64,000 nt of DNA from Oscillospiraceae bacterium (GTDB lineage: Bacteria; Bacillota; Clostridia; Oscillospirales; Oscillospiraceae): assembly GCA_018265835.1 (NCBI GenBank), contig JABLYK010000004.1, forward strand, positions 9,015 through 73,014, read 5' to 3'. Positions 1 to 9,416 of the stretch are shown piece by piece (positions within the stretch are counted from its first letter, which is position 1; each line of letters begins with the position of its first letter). The notes beneath the pieces were generated by a model. The model made no database searches, was not told the DNA's origin, and saw nothing but the letters and a program-made list of their open reading frames with translations. The position numbers were made by a program, and so were the translations under genes.

Positions 1-119
1 CCATAGGAGGGCAGCCAGGAAACGTGCTTGCCGTCCATCATGCAGGCCATGGCAAGGAACTTGCCGATCAGGAGCATGCCCTGACCGCCAAAGCCAGCAA
101 AAATAAATTCTTTCTTCAT
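1..119 (-). CDS. 2-oxoacid:ferredoxin oxidoreductase gamma subunit, N-terminal fragment (continues past window start)
   Basis: Own translation from ATG at 119 gives MKKEFIFAGFGGQGMLLIGKFLAMACMMDGKHVSWLPSYG, which carries the GFGGQG...SWLPSYG gamma-subunit signature. It begins 2 nt after the beta-subunit stop. Too short for the ORF track. Confidence 0.8.
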   Translation of the reverse strand, partial: MKKEFIFAGFGGQGMLLIGKFLAMACMMDGKHVSWLPSY

Positions 120-120
120 C

Positions 121-867
121 TTATTTTGCCTCCTTGTCTTTGTAAACGCCCAGCGGATAGTACGGAATCATATTCTCTTCCAGCCACTTCATCGCTTCGA
201 CCGGGCTCAGGCCCCAGTTGGTCGGGCAGGTGGACAGAACTTCGATCAGGCAGAAGCCCTTGCCTTCCTTCTGATACTGGAACGCCTTGGCAATCGCCTT
301 CTTCGCCTTGATGATGTTCGCCGTGTTGTTCACCGCAACGCGCTCGATGTAGTAGGAGCCGGGGATGGTGGCGAGCATTTCGGAGACACGGATCGGAGCG
401 CCGCACCAAGCTTCGTCGCGGCCCTTCGGGGAGGTGGTGGTCTTCTGGCCAACCAGCGTAGTCGGAGCCATCTGGCCACCGGTCATGCCGTAAATGGCAT
501 TGTTGACAAAGATGGTGACGATCTTCTCGCCGCGGTGTGCAGCGTGAACGATCTCAGCGGTACCGATGGAAGCCAGGTCGCCGTCGCCCTGATAGGTGAA
601 GACCATGGTGTCGTTGCCGACAACGCGCTTGACGCCGGTCGCAACAGCCGGTGCACGGCCGTGCGCAGCTTCGTACATATCGCAGTTAAAGTAATCGTAA
701 GCAAACACGGAGCAGCCAACCGGCGCGACGCCGATGACCTTACCGTCGAGGTTCATTTCGTCAATGACTTCGGCAACCAGACGGTGAATGATGCCGTGGT
801 TGCAGCCGGGGCAGTAGTGGAACTGCTTATCAGTCAAATACTGAGTTTTCTCAAAAACGACAGACAT
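121..867 (-). CDS. 2-oxoacid:ferredoxin oxidoreductase beta (TPP-binding) subunit
   Basis: ORF-track protein has CPGCNHG near the N-terminus and a YQGDGD TPP motif. It abuts the alpha-subunit stop (868). Confidence 0.9.
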   Translation of the reverse strand: MSVVFEKTQYLTDKQFHYCPGCNHGIIHRLVAEVIDEMNLDGKVIGVAPVGCSVFAYDYFNCDMYEAAHGRAPAVATGVKRVVGNDTMVFTYQGDGDLASIGTAEIVHAAHRGEKIVTIFVNNAIYGMTGGQMAPTTLVGQKTTTSPKGRDEAWCGAPIRVSEMLATIPGSYYIERVAVNNTANIIKAKKAIAKAFQYQKEGKGFCLIEVLSTCPTNWGLSPVEAMKWLEENMIPYYPLGVYKDKEAK

Positions 868-1947
868 TTATTTGCCCTCCTTCATGCTGATAATCTTCGC
901 TTTAATCTCCTCGGTGGTGGGCATCTCGCTGCCGAGGTGGCCGAAGAAGTCAACATCCTTCGCGCCGTTGACCGCGAGCTTGACATCCTCAAGCATCTGG
1001 CCTTCGTTCAGCTCGACGTCGAGAACGGCCTTTACGCCTTCAGCGGAAGCAGCCTTCTTGACCGCGTCATATGGGAACGGCCAAACCGTGATCGGACGAA
1101 CCAGACCAACGTTGATGCCCTCTTCCTTCAGCTCGTCGATCGCAGACTTTGCAATACGCGCGACGGTGCCGAACGCGGTGATGACGAACTCAGCGCCTTC
1201 GAGGTTGTACTCTTCCCACATCTGCTCGTTGGCAACGACTTCTTTGTAAACAGCCTGCAGAACTGCATTGTGCTCGGACAGAGACTCGGTGTCGATGTAG
1301 ATGGAGTTGATGACGCCGCGCTTCGCCGGATCGTCGCCGGGCTTCCAGCCGGTGCACGCCCAGGGCTTCTTCTCGGGGTCGATCTTGAAATCAACCATTT
1401 CGGGCATTTCGACAGGCTCCATCATCTGAGCGATGATGCCGTCAGCGAGGAACAGGACGGGAATGCGGTACTTCTCGGCCTTATCGAACGCAAACATCAT
1501 GATGTCGATGGCTTCCTGAACAGACGCCGGAGCGTAGGTCAGCAGGTGATAGTCGCCGTTGCCGCCGCCCTTGACAGCCTGGAAGTAATCGCCCTGAGAG
1601 GCCTGAATGTTGCCGAGGCCGGGGCCGCCGCGCATGACGTTTAGAATCACGCACGGGAGCTGTGCGCCTGCGCAGTAGGAAATGCCTTCCTGCTTCAGGC
1701 TGACGCCGGGGCTGGAGGAGGAGGTCAGCGCACGTGCGCCGGTGCCGGCCGCGCCGTAGATCATGTTGATCGCCGCGACTTCGCTTTCGGCCTGCAGGAA
1801 GCAGCCGCCGACTTCGGGCATACGCTCGGACATGTATTCAGGAATCTCCGTCTGCGGAGTGATCGGATAGCCGAAGAAATACCGCGCGCCTGCACGAATT
1901 GCAGCCTCAGCGATGGCTTCGCTACCCTTCATAAGAGTCAATGCCAT
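868..1947 (-). CDS. 2-oxoacid:ferredoxin oxidoreductase alpha subunit
   Basis: 359-aa ORF typical of KorA/VorA/PorA-type alpha subunits (GYPITPQTEI, SSPGVSL). Operon context delta-alpha-beta-gamma. Confidence 0.9.
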   Translation of the reverse strand: MALTLMKGSEAIAEAAIRAGARYFFGYPITPQTEIPEYMSERMPEVGGCFLQAESEVAAINMIYGAAGTGARALTSSSSPGVSLKQEGISYCAGAQLPCVILNVMRGGPGLGNIQASQGDYFQAVKGGGNGDYHLLTYAPASVQEAIDIMMFAFDKAEKYRIPVLFLADGIIAQMMEPVEMPEMVDFKIDPEKKPWACTGWKPGDDPAKRGVINSIYIDTESLSEHNAVLQAVYKEVVANEQMWEEYNLEGAEFVITAFGTVARIAKSAIDELKEEGINVGLVRPITVWPFPYDAVKKAASAEGVKAVLDVELNEGQMLEDVKLAVNGAKDVDFFGHLGSEMPTTEEIKAKIISMKEGK

Positions 1948-1961
1948 TTTACTATTCCTCC

Positions 1962-2171
1962 TTAATCTTTCTCAATGTGGATTACCACGTCGGGGCAAGT
2001 ACGTGCGCAGGAAGCGCAGCCGATGCAGGCTGCCTGATCCACGATCGTTGCCGGATGATAACCTTTTGCGTTGATCTTTTCTTTGGAAAGTTCAATGATC
2101 CCCTTGGGGCATGCTCTGGCGCAAAGGCCGCATCCCTTGCAGAGATTTTCATTGATGGTTACCTTTACCAT
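1962..2171 (-). CDS. 4Fe-4S dicluster ferredoxin-type delta subunit of the 2-oxoacid oxidoreductase
   Basis: 69 aa with two cluster motifs, CKGCGLCARACP and CIGCASCARTCP. First gene of the oxidoreductase operon. Confidence 0.85.
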   Translation of the reverse strand: MVKVTINENLCKGCGLCARACPKGIIELSKEKINAKGYHPATIVDQAACIGCASCARTCPDVVIHIEKD

Positions 2172-2257
2172 TTTGCTACCTCTTTTCTATACTATATTGC
2201 TGTTTCGCGCGTATATAAAACCGCCGAAGCGGGATACGCCAATGATGATAGAGAAAC

Positions 2258-2959
2258 TTACAGACTGTGGATATAACTGTCCCAGTCACGCTTCATGTAC
2301 ATATCAATGGCAATTGGTTTGCCGATGTACTTCGGATCGTGCCCTTCGGAAAGGAACTGGTCGAGCAGATCCTTCTTGCCGGTCGTGTAGGAAACGGGCA
2401 CGCCGGTCTTCTCGCTCACTTCGCGGAGCATCTCATAGCCGTCGCGCAGCTCATCCGGCCCGGTCATCTGCGCAAGGTTTGTGTTGTTGATCATACCGGT
2501 GATCTTCAGGCGGGAATGCACCTGCATTTCCTGCTGCAGCTTGATGATCTTTTCCACCGTGCCGGCCAGCGGACGGCGGATATTCACAACATTGAGCACC
2601 TCAAGCTGATCGGGGCCAAGCTCCATAAAGTCCTCATGATACCGGCCGAGCGCCGTGGAACCGACCGCGTCGCCGCCGACGTCGAACACGACGGTGTCCC
2701 AATCGAGCGCAAACGCCGATGCGACCTCCGCCGGAAGTGAGAGCGTTTCGATACCGGAGCAGGCAAAGTTCGGAGAAACCAAGCGGATCTCCTTTTGACT
2801 GACCATTTTTCCGCGCTCCGTCAAACGGAAATACGTGTTGACCATATCCAGGTCAATCAGCTCAGTCTTGCCGGTTTCAGCTGCTTTAAACGCAAAATTC
2901 AAGGCAAGCTCGCTTTTGCCGCTGCCATAATTACCAATCAAAACATATATTTTCTTCAA
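2258..2959 (-). CDS. P-loop NTPase (MinD/ParA/CobQ-like ATP-binding protein)
   Basis: N-terminal deviant Walker A, IGNYGSGKSE. TTG start at 2959 preceded by AGGAG at 9-nt spacing. Lies directly upstream of the kor-type operon. Confidence 0.6.
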   Translation of the reverse strand: MKKIYVLIGNYGSGKSELALNFAFKAAETGKTELIDLDMVNTYFRLTERGKMVSQKEIRLVSPNFACSGIETLSLPAEVASAFALDWDTVVFDVGGDAVGSTALGRYHEDFMELGPDQLEVLNVVNIRRPLAGTVEKIIKLQQEMQVHSRLKITGMINNTNLAQMTGPDELRDGYEMLREVSEKTGVPVSYTTGKKDLLDQFLSEGHDPKYIGKPIAIDMYMKRDWDSYIHSL

Positions 2960-3225
2960 ATGAAGGGTCTCCTTTCAGGCAGATGCTGCAAAATCGCAAA
3001 CATCGCTATCTAACATCGTATCACAGCCAGATATATTCGTCAATAAAGTCAAAAATGATTGTAGAATTAGTGCAATTTCTGTGTGAAATTCTAGTCAACT
3101 TGCCGCAGTGCGTTTTCAGCAAAATGCATGGTTTGGCAATATTGTTAAAAATTCAACGGTCTGAAACAGGATTTTTATTCACACCTGTACAATCGTACCA
3201 CCTCGGCATTTGCAAGAACTGTGAT

Positions 3226-3981
3226 TTAGGTCACATTTTGTCGCACTTTCACAAAGATCTGCGTATTGGGAAACGCTTTTTGGATGCAGTTTGTTACATT
3301 ATCCCAATTTTGCTCTGCATATGGGATTTGTTCCGGTAAAAGCTCCAGTCGGATCGCCCCCGGTTCCACACGGGCACGGACATTGCGAAACCCCAGCGCA
3401 ATCAGGCCATCCTCCGCCTGCTCCACCGCAGACAACGTCTTTTCATCCAGCGGCGTCCCGGCGGAAATCCGCGTTGCGAGGCAGGCATAAGACGGTTTAT
3501 CCCACGTGAACAGCCCCGCCTCTCTGGATCGGCGGCGAATCTCCGCCTTCGTCAGGCCGCACAGGCGCAGCGGAGAGAGAATCTCCAGCTCCGAAAGCGC
3601 GCGCATACCGGGGCGGTCGCTTGCGTCGTCCGAGGCGTTCGTCCCATCGAGTACAACGGAGTAGCCGCCCGACGCTGCGACAGCCGTGATCCGCGAGAAC
3701 ATGCGCTGCTTGCAGAAGTAGCAGCGGTTTTGCGGATTGGCACGTACGGTCTCGTCCGAAAGAATATCCACCCCCAGAACCGTAAGCGGCATTCCAAGCT
3801 GCTGCGTCAAACGCAGCGCATCCTCCAGCTCAAACTGCGGCTGAAACACGCTCTTCACATAGTACGGGCGCACGTCCGCGCCGCAGCGGTGCGCGGCGTA
3901 TAGGAGATAGGCCGAATCCACACCGCCGGAAAACGCGATCGCGGCCTTGGGCGTTTCTTTGAAAAAATCTTGTAGTGTCAT
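3226..3981 (-). CDS. larE: PP-loop ATP-dependent sulfur transferase, LarE / TIGR00268-type
   Basis: SGGVDS PP-loop motif, CYFCK, and the SYACLATRI motif equivalent to the LarE Cys loop. Start trimmed to MTLQDFF (ATG 3981), which overlaps the upstream stop as ATGA. The ORF-track N-terminal extension is Arg-rich junk. Confidence 0.8.
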   Translation of the reverse strand: MTLQDFFKETPKAAIAFSGGVDSAYLLYAAHRCGADVRPYYVKSVFQPQFELEDALRLTQQLGMPLTVLGVDILSDETVRANPQNRCYFCKQRMFSRITAVAASGGYSVVLDGTNASDDASDRPGMRALSELEILSPLRLCGLTKAEIRRRSREAGLFTWDKPSYACLATRISAGTPLDEKTLSAVEQAEDGLIALGFRNVRARVEPGAIRLELLPEQIPYAEQNWDNVTNCIQKAFPNTQIFVKVRQNVT

Positions 3982-4796
3982 GCGCGTCCCTTCCCTGCCG
4001 CAACCCAGTCTCGCTCCGGCGCAAGGTAGAGATACCACGCCGTGACGCCTACGAGCACGACGCCGCCGACCATGTTGCCGAGCGTCACCGGCAGAAGATT
4101 CCGAAGAAGGAATCCGCTCCATGTGAGATGTTCATGGACCATGCCAAATGTGCCGGACTGAAAAATTCCGGCGGGAATGTAGTACATGTTTGCCACGCAG
4201 TGCTCAAAACCGGCAATGACAAACGCCGCAATCGGGAAAAAGAGCCCCATAATCTTGCCCGGCACTGTTTTGGCTGCATTGGACATCCAGACTGCAATAC
4301 ACACAAGGAAATTGCAGAGAATGCCGCGGATGAACGCAGCGCTGAACGAGAGCGAAACCTTCGCGTTTGCGATGGAGACGACCGAAGCGGCCAGTTCCCC
4401 ATTGAATGCGGAAAACACGCCGCCCGCGTAAGCGAGCGCCGCAATCAAGAGAGAGCCGGCAAAGTTGCCAAGATAGACGACGATCCAGTTGCGCAGCATA
4501 GCGCCTACGGTGATGCGGCGCTGCAGTACGCCCATAATCAGCAGGTTGTTGCCGGTGAACAGCTCGCTTCCGGCAATGAGCACCATGGACAGGCCCGCCG
4601 GGAAGATCAAGCCGGTGACAATCTTTGCGACCGACGGATTTTCAATCGTCGCAGCGCCGGCCGTGGACGCGACGCCTGCAAGCGCCACAAAAACGCCCGC
4701 CAGACACGCCAGCAAAAACATCCGCAGCAGCGGCAGCTGCGTCTTTGTCTCGCAGGCGCCAAGGTAATTGACTGCAACTTCTTTCGGTGAATACAT
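3978..4796 (-). CDS. Formate/nitrite transporter (FNT) family channel
   Basis: Polytopic protein with FNT hallmarks (SELFTGNN, GFEHCVANMYY). Start chosen at MYSPKE (ATG 4796) with GGAGGT upstream. Confidence 0.85.
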   Translation of the reverse strand: MYSPKEVAVNYLGACETKTQLPLLRMFLLACLAGVFVALAGVASTAGAATIENPSVAKIVTGLIFPAGLSMVLIAGSELFTGNNLLIMGVLQRRITVGAMLRNWIVVYLGNFAGSLLIAALAYAGGVFSAFNGELAASVVSIANAKVSLSFSAAFIRGILCNFLVCIAVWMSNAAKTVPGKIMGLFFPIAAFVIAGFEHCVANMYYIPAGIFQSGTFGMVHEHLTWSGFLLRNLLPVTLGNMVGGVVLVGVTAWYLYLAPERDWVAAGKGRA

Positions 4797-4903
4797 CTTC
4801 CCACTTACCTCCAAAGCGCATAGCATATCACAATATTTTGTGTGCGCGTCATTATGTTATCACAGATTTAGTATCTGTCAACCGGTTTTTGCGCAAACGC
4901 AGA

Positions 4904-4939
4904 AGACAGGCGGACTGCGTTTTTGCAGTTCGCCTGTCT
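4904..4939 (-). terminator. Stem-loop overlapping the sigF stop codon
   Basis: 15-bp arms AGACAGGCGGACTGC / GCAGTTCGCCTGTCT. The downstream U-tract is poor. Confidence 0.4.
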
Positions 4940-5651
4940 AGCTTGTCATCATTTCCCGCAGCTTCTCCACAGCGCGCCGCTCCAGCCGGGAAACCTGAAC
5001 CTGCGAAATTTTCAAAACTCCGGCGGCACGCTGCTGCGTCATGCCGCGGAAAAAACGCAGCGCGATCACCTGCTGCTCCCGTTCCGGCAGACCACGCACC
5101 GCCTCCCGCAGCGCAACGTGCTCCACCATGCGCTCCTCCTGCTCATAGTCGCCGAGCGTGTGTTCCAGCGTAAAGCCCGTCTCGCCGTTCTCGCGCTGGA
5201 GCGACTCGGTCGGCCCGGTCGCCGTCTCCGCCATGGCGATCTCCTCCGGCTCAATACCGGTCTCGGCGGAAAGCTCCGAAAGCGTCGGCTCGCGGCCGAG
5301 CGTCTGCTCCAGACGCATCCGCGCCGTGCGAACCTGCTGCGCGCGCTCCTTGACGCCGCGGCTCACCTTCACGGCGCCGTCGTCGCGCAGAAAGCGGCGG
5401 ATCTCGCCGGAAATCTTCGGCACGGCATAGGTGGAAAAGCATGTTCCGTACGCCTCGTCAAACCCGGCAACCGCTTTAAGAAACCCCACGCAGCCGAGCT
5501 GATAGAGATCATCCGCGTCCACGCCGCGGCCGAAAAACCGGCGCGCAATGCTCCAGATGAGTCCGGAGTTCTCCGTTACCATCTGCTCCATCGCGTCCCG
5601 GTCGCCGCTCTGCGCGCGGCGCAGCAGCTCCATGGTATCGGTCTGCATCAT
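4938..5651 (-). CDS. sigF: Sporulation sigma factor SigF
   Basis: Sigma-70 family regions 2-4. Third gene after spoIIAA-spoIIAB. ATG at 5651 overlaps the spoIIAB TGA as ATGA. Confidence 0.85.
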   Translation of the reverse strand: MMQTDTMELLRRAQSGDRDAMEQMVTENSGLIWSIARRFFGRGVDADDLYQLGCVGFLKAVAGFDEAYGTCFSTYAVPKISGEIRRFLRDDGAVKVSRGVKERAQQVRTARMRLEQTLGREPTLSELSAETGIEPEEIAMAETATGPTESLQRENGETGFTLEHTLGDYEQEERMVEHVALREAVRGLPEREQQVIALRFFRGMTQQRAAGVLKISQVQVSRLERRAVEKLREMMTS

Positions 5652-6082
5652 ACCCGCTTGCGGATGCGGCGGCACATCGTCACGGTCGTCCCTTTGCCGG
5701 GGACAGATTTGACCTTCACCGTATCCATAAAGCTCTCCATGATCGTAAATCCCATGCCGCTGCGCTCCTCGCCGCCAGTCGTGTACAGCGGCGTTTTTGC
5801 CTTTTCCACGTCCGGGATACCGATCCCGTGATCCTTCACAACGATCTCCAGCCGCTCGTCCGGCAGAATTCGCACGCGCAGCATGACCAGCCCCAGCTTT
5901 TCCGGGTATGCATGGACCACCGCGTTCGTCACCGCCTCGGACACGGCAGTTTTGATATCTCCGACTTCACCGAGCGTCGGGTCGAGCTGCGAAGCGAACG
6001 CGGCGACCGCCGCACGGGCGAAGCCCTCGTTGACGCTCTTTGCGGGAAACTCCAGCTTTATGTAGTTTTGATAATTCAACAC
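5648..6082 (-). CDS. spoIIAB: Anti-sigma F factor (serine kinase) SpoIIAB
   Basis: 144-aa HATPase-type protein (VSEAVTNAVVHAY, GMGFTIM). Operon position. Confidence 0.9.
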   Translation of the reverse strand: MLNYQNYIKLEFPAKSVNEGFARAAVAAFASQLDPTLGEVGDIKTAVSEAVTNAVVHAYPEKLGLVMLRVRILPDERLEIVVKDHGIGIPDVEKAKTPLYTTGGEERSGMGFTIMESFMDTVKVKSVPGKGTTVTMCRRIRKRV

Positions 6083-6411
6083 GGTTCACACTCCTCTTCC
6101 GTTTCTTCGCACAGTGGGATCACCTGCGTGAGTCCCGCCACCTCCAGCACCTTGCGCACCTGCTGCGGTGGGCGCTCCAGCGCCAGCGATGCGCCGCTCT
6201 GTCTGAGCAGCCGGTCTGCCTTCAAAATGACCGCGATCCCGGAGCTGTCCATGAACGTCAGCCCGGACAGATCCAGCACACAGCGGCGCGGGAGATACTC
6301 CTCCACCAGTTCTTCAATACTCTGCATGGCGCCCTGCGCCGCGCAATGGTCCAGCTCGCCTTTTAGAAGAATCGTCAGGCAGCCGTCCGCATACAGGGTC
6401 AGCGTCTGCAT
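6076..6411 (-). CDS. spoIIAA: Anti-sigma F factor antagonist SpoIIAA (STAS domain)
   Basis: STAS-domain protein with the FMDSSG phospho-serine motif. The ORF-track start is GTG (6417). ATG at 6411 sits 7 nt from GGAGG. Confidence 0.85.
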   Translation of the reverse strand: MQTLTLYADGCLTILLKGELDHCAAQGAMQSIEELVEEYLPRRCVLDLSGLTFMDSSGIAVILKADRLLRQSGASLALERPPQQVRKVLEVAGLTQVIPLCEETEEECEPC

Positions 6412-6424
6412 TCGCACACCTCCA

Positions 6425-6464
6425 TGAAAAAAACACCGTATACGGATGATCCGTATACGGTGTT
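6425..6464 (-). terminator. Rho-independent terminator of valS
   Basis: 15-bp arms AACACCGTATACGGA / TCCGTATACGGTGTT, followed on the minus strand by TTTTT. Confidence 0.75.
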
Positions 6465-6507
6465 ATTCTAGCTTGTCCGGCGCGTTGAATTTGTCGGACG
6501 CTGGCGC

Positions 6508-9132
6508 TTAGCCAAGGTTTTTCAGGCTCTCCTCCAGATTCTCAATCAGCGCCTTCGCCTTGGCCGCACGCTCGCGTTCGGCGTTGACGACCTTTTCGGG
6601 CGCTTTCGCCACGAACGCCTCGTTCGACAGCTTACGCATCTGGCCTTCGTACTCCTTTTTCGCCTTTTCCAGCTCTTTCCCGATGCGGGCGCGCTCCTTG
6701 TCGAGATCGACCAGCTCCGCCATCGGCATGTAGAGCTTGGCCTCCTCCGTGACGACGGACACCATCTTGTCTGCATCCGCAGGCGCCTCGCCGCAGATGG
6801 TCACACGCTCTGCGTAAGCGAGCTTGGAGATATACATTTCGCCGGAGCGGAACGCATCCTGCTTCTCCGTTGCGATGATGAGGTGCGCCTTCTTGGACGG
6901 CGGCACATTCATCTCTGCGCGGCGGCTGCGCACGGCCTTGATGGCGGTCATAACCATCTCAAAGTCCTGCTCCTCCTGCGGGAAGGACAGCGCCTCACTG
7001 TAGGACGGATAGCGCGCAACCATCAGCGCCTCGCCGTCATGCGGGAGCGCCTGCCAGATTTCCTCGGTAATGAACGGCATGAACGGGTGCAGAAGTTTCA
7101 GAATCTCCGTCAGCACGTACAGCAGCACCTGCTGCGCGCTGCGGTTTTTCGCAGCGTCGCCGCTGTTGAGGCGGGGCTTCGTCAGCTCAATGTACCAGTC
7201 GCAGTACGTGTCCCAGATAAAATCATAGATCTTCGCAGCGGCGATACCCAGCTCATATTTGTCCAGATTCTCGCAGACTTCCCTGCTCAGCGTGTTGAGC
7301 TTGGACAGCACCCATTTGTCCTCCAGCTCCAGCGTTTCGGGCAGCTCGTTTTTGTCGATGGTGAGGTTCATCATGACAAAGCGGGAGGCATTCCAGAGTT
7401 TGTTGGCAAAGTTGCGCATGGCGCCGCACTTTTCCACGTAGAAGCGCATGTCGTTTCCGGGGCTGTTTCCGGTGACGAGGTTGAAGCGCAGCGCGTCCGC
7501 GCCATAAGTCTCGGCCATCTCCAGCGGGTCGATGCCGTTACCGAGCGATTTGCTCATTTTGCGGCCCTTGTCGTCCCGCACGAGACCGTGGATGAAGACG
7601 GTGTGGAACGGGATCTCCTGCATCTGCTCCAGACCGGAGAAGATCATACGGGCGACCCAGAAGAAGATGATATCATAGCCCGTGACCATCACAGTCGTGG
7701 GGTACCAGTAATTCAGATCAGCCGCGTCCTGATCCGGCCAGCCCATCGTGGAAAACGGCCAGAGCGCAGAGCTGAACCACGTATCGAGCACGTCCTCATC
7801 GCGGTGGATGTTCTTGCTGTGGCAGGCCTCACACTCGCAGGCGTCCTCACGCGAGACGGTGATGTGTCCGCAGTCGTCGCAGTACCATGCGGGAATCTGG
7901 TGCCCCCACCAGAGCTGGCGGGAGATGCACCAGTCGTGCACATTCTCCATCCAATTATAATAAGTCTTGCTGAAGCGCTCCGGCACAAACTTGATACGCC
8001 CGTCGCGCACGGCTTCGATCGCAGGCTCGGCCAGCGGCTTCATCTTCACGAACCACTGGGGGCTGGTGAGCGGCTCCACCGTCGTGCCGCAGCGGTAGCA
8101 GGTGCCGACGTTGTGGTTATAGTCCTCCACCTTGATGAGGTAGCCTTCCGCCTCCAGATCAGCCACGATGGCATCGCGCGCCTCGTAGCGGTCCATGCCG
8201 TTGTACTTGCCGCCGTTGATGATCTTCGCATCCTCGTCAATCACGAGAATCTGCTCCAGATTGTGGCGCAGGCCGACCTCATAGTCGTTCGGGTCGTGGC
8301 ACGGGGTCATCTTCACGCAGCCGGTGCCGAAGTCTTTTTCGACATATTCGTCCGCCACGATCGGCAGCTCGCGCCCCACCAGCGGGAGAATCGCCGTCTT
8401 GCCGACCAGATGCGTGTAGCGCTCATCCTCCGGATGGACGGCGATGCCCGTATCGCCCAGCATGGTTTCCGGACGGGTCGTAGCGATGATCATTTCCTCG
8501 TCGCTGTCCTTGATCGGATAGCGGATATGCCAGAAATGGCCGGGCATGTCTTTGTATTCGACCTCCGCGTCAGAGAGCGCGGTGCGGCACTTCGGACACC
8601 AGTTGATGATGCGGTTGCCCTTGTAGATCAGGCCTTTTTCATACAGCTCGCAGAACGTCTCGCGCACAGCTTTGGAGCAGCCTTCATCCATCGTGAAGCG
8701 GCTGCGGCTCCAGTCGCAGGAGGCGCCGAGCGTCTTCTGCTGTTCGACGATGCGGTCACCGTACTTATTCTTCCAGGCCCAGACGCGGTCGAGGAATTTT
8801 TCGCGCCCGAGGTCGTAGCGCGTGAGTCCCTCTTCCTTGCGGAGGTTTTCCTCCACCTTGATTTGTGTGGCAATGCCGGCGTGGTCATAGCCCGGCAGCC
8901 AGAGCGCCGCATAGCCCTGCATACGCTTATAGCGCGTGAGGATGTCCTGCAGCGTTGCGTCGAGCGCGTGGCCCATATGGAGCTGGCCGGTGACGTTCGG
9001 GGGCGGCATGACAATGGAAAACGGCTTTTTGTCCGGATCCGGATTGCCTTTGAAATAGCCCCCCTGCATCCACATGTCATAAATTTTCTTCTCGACCTGC
9101 TTGGGATCGTACACCTTCGGAAGTTCCTTCAT
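6508..9132 (-). CDS. valS: Valine--tRNA ligase
   Basis: 874 aa with class I HIGH (GQLHMGH) and KMSKS motifs and a C-terminal coiled coil. T-box leader upstream. Confidence 0.97.
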   Translation of the reverse strand: MKELPKVYDPKQVEKKIYDMWMQGGYFKGNPDPDKKPFSIVMPPPNVTGQLHMGHALDATLQDILTRYKRMQGYAALWLPGYDHAGIATQIKVEENLRKEEGLTRYDLGREKFLDRVWAWKNKYGDRIVEQQKTLGASCDWSRSRFTMDEGCSKAVRETFCELYEKGLIYKGNRIINWCPKCRTALSDAEVEYKDMPGHFWHIRYPIKDSDEEMIIATTRPETMLGDTGIAVHPEDERYTHLVGKTAILPLVGRELPIVADEYVEKDFGTGCVKMTPCHDPNDYEVGLRHNLEQILVIDEDAKIINGGKYNGMDRYEARDAIVADLEAEGYLIKVEDYNHNVGTCYRCGTTVEPLTSPQWFVKMKPLAEPAIEAVRDGRIKFVPERFSKTYYNWMENVHDWCISRQLWWGHQIPAWYCDDCGHITVSREDACECEACHSKNIHRDEDVLDTWFSSALWPFSTMGWPDQDAADLNYWYPTTVMVTGYDIIFFWVARMIFSGLEQMQEIPFHTVFIHGLVRDDKGRKMSKSLGNGIDPLEMAETYGADALRFNLVTGNSPGNDMRFYVEKCGAMRNFANKLWNASRFVMMNLTIDKNELPETLELEDKWVLSKLNTLSREVCENLDKYELGIAAAKIYDFIWDTYCDWYIELTKPRLNSGDAAKNRSAQQVLLYVLTEILKLLHPFMPFITEEIWQALPHDGEALMVARYPSYSEALSFPQEEQDFEMVMTAIKAVRSRRAEMNVPPSKKAHLIIATEKQDAFRSGEMYISKLAYAERVTICGEAPADADKMVSVVTEEAKLYMPMAELVDLDKERARIGKELEKAKKEYEGQMRKLSNEAFVAKAPEKVVNAERERAAKAKALIENLEESLKNLG

Positions 9133-9167
9133 CTGTCTTCCTCCTTCGTAAGAATCCTTCGGGACAA

Positions 9168-9410
9168 TGAAAAATCGCCCCGAAACAAAATTGTTTCAGG
9201 GCGATAAAATTACCGCGGTACCACCTGAATTCCGCACGCGGCGCGTGCGACACTCTTGACTCTGTAACGGGAGTTCCCGGCTGTCCTACTGCTCTGTTCA
9301 GACAAGCTGCTCAGGGGCGACCTTCGTTTCCGGCTTCAGAAAGGCTTGCACCAACCGCCTTTTCTCTGGCATCCGCACGGAAATTACTCCTCCCCGTCAA
9401 CGCATAAGCT
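9168..9410 (-). promoter_or_regulatory. T-box riboswitch leader (valine specifier) of valS
   Basis: Minus strand contains the T-box sequence AATTCAGGTGGTACCGCGG (9230-9212). It also has a CCAGAGA AG-box and a specifier-loop-like GAAACGAAGGUCG with GUC at 9321-9319. A terminator ATCGCCCTGAAAC...GTTTCGGGGCGATTTTT lies just before the valS RBS. Confidence 0.85.
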
Positions 9411-9416
9411 GGGTGC

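Noticed and set aside
3982-4122. N-terminal extensions offered by the ORF track for several genes: larE 3982-4122, trxB-like 10587-10775, sbcD 32594-32716, phosphatase 33397-33552, tatD 34166-34492, ispD 61771-61986, def, yebC, rpoZ and cdaA.
   Set aside because: The extensions are Arg/Pro-rich. They overlap upstream genes or cross terminators. They precede internal ATGs that have proper SD spacing and where family-conserved N-termini begin.
6466-6507. TTTGTCGGA (Spo0A-box-like, one mismatch to TGTCGAA) and CTAGAAT upstream of the spoIIA operon, considered as Spo0A/sigma-H control elements.
   Set aside because: The spacing does not fit the sigma-H consensus, and single near-matches to a 7-mer are expected by chance. 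Kept only as a question in the findings.
6883-9207. Very long ORFs antisense to genuine genes. Examples: 6883-9207 (774 aa, opposite valS), 44837-47413 (858 aa, opposite rsgA+prkC), 10618-12060, 13133-14527, 19204-20700, 20842-22149, 34402-36066, 36852-38288, 49299-51586, 51689-53227 and 61511-63253.
   Set aside because: Their products are Arg/Ala/Gly/His-rich low-complexity strings with no motifs. They lack SD sequences. One crosses an intergenic gap between two real genes. The sense strand encodes unmistakable housekeeping proteins in every case. Stop-codon depletion on the antisense strand of GC-rich genes explains them.
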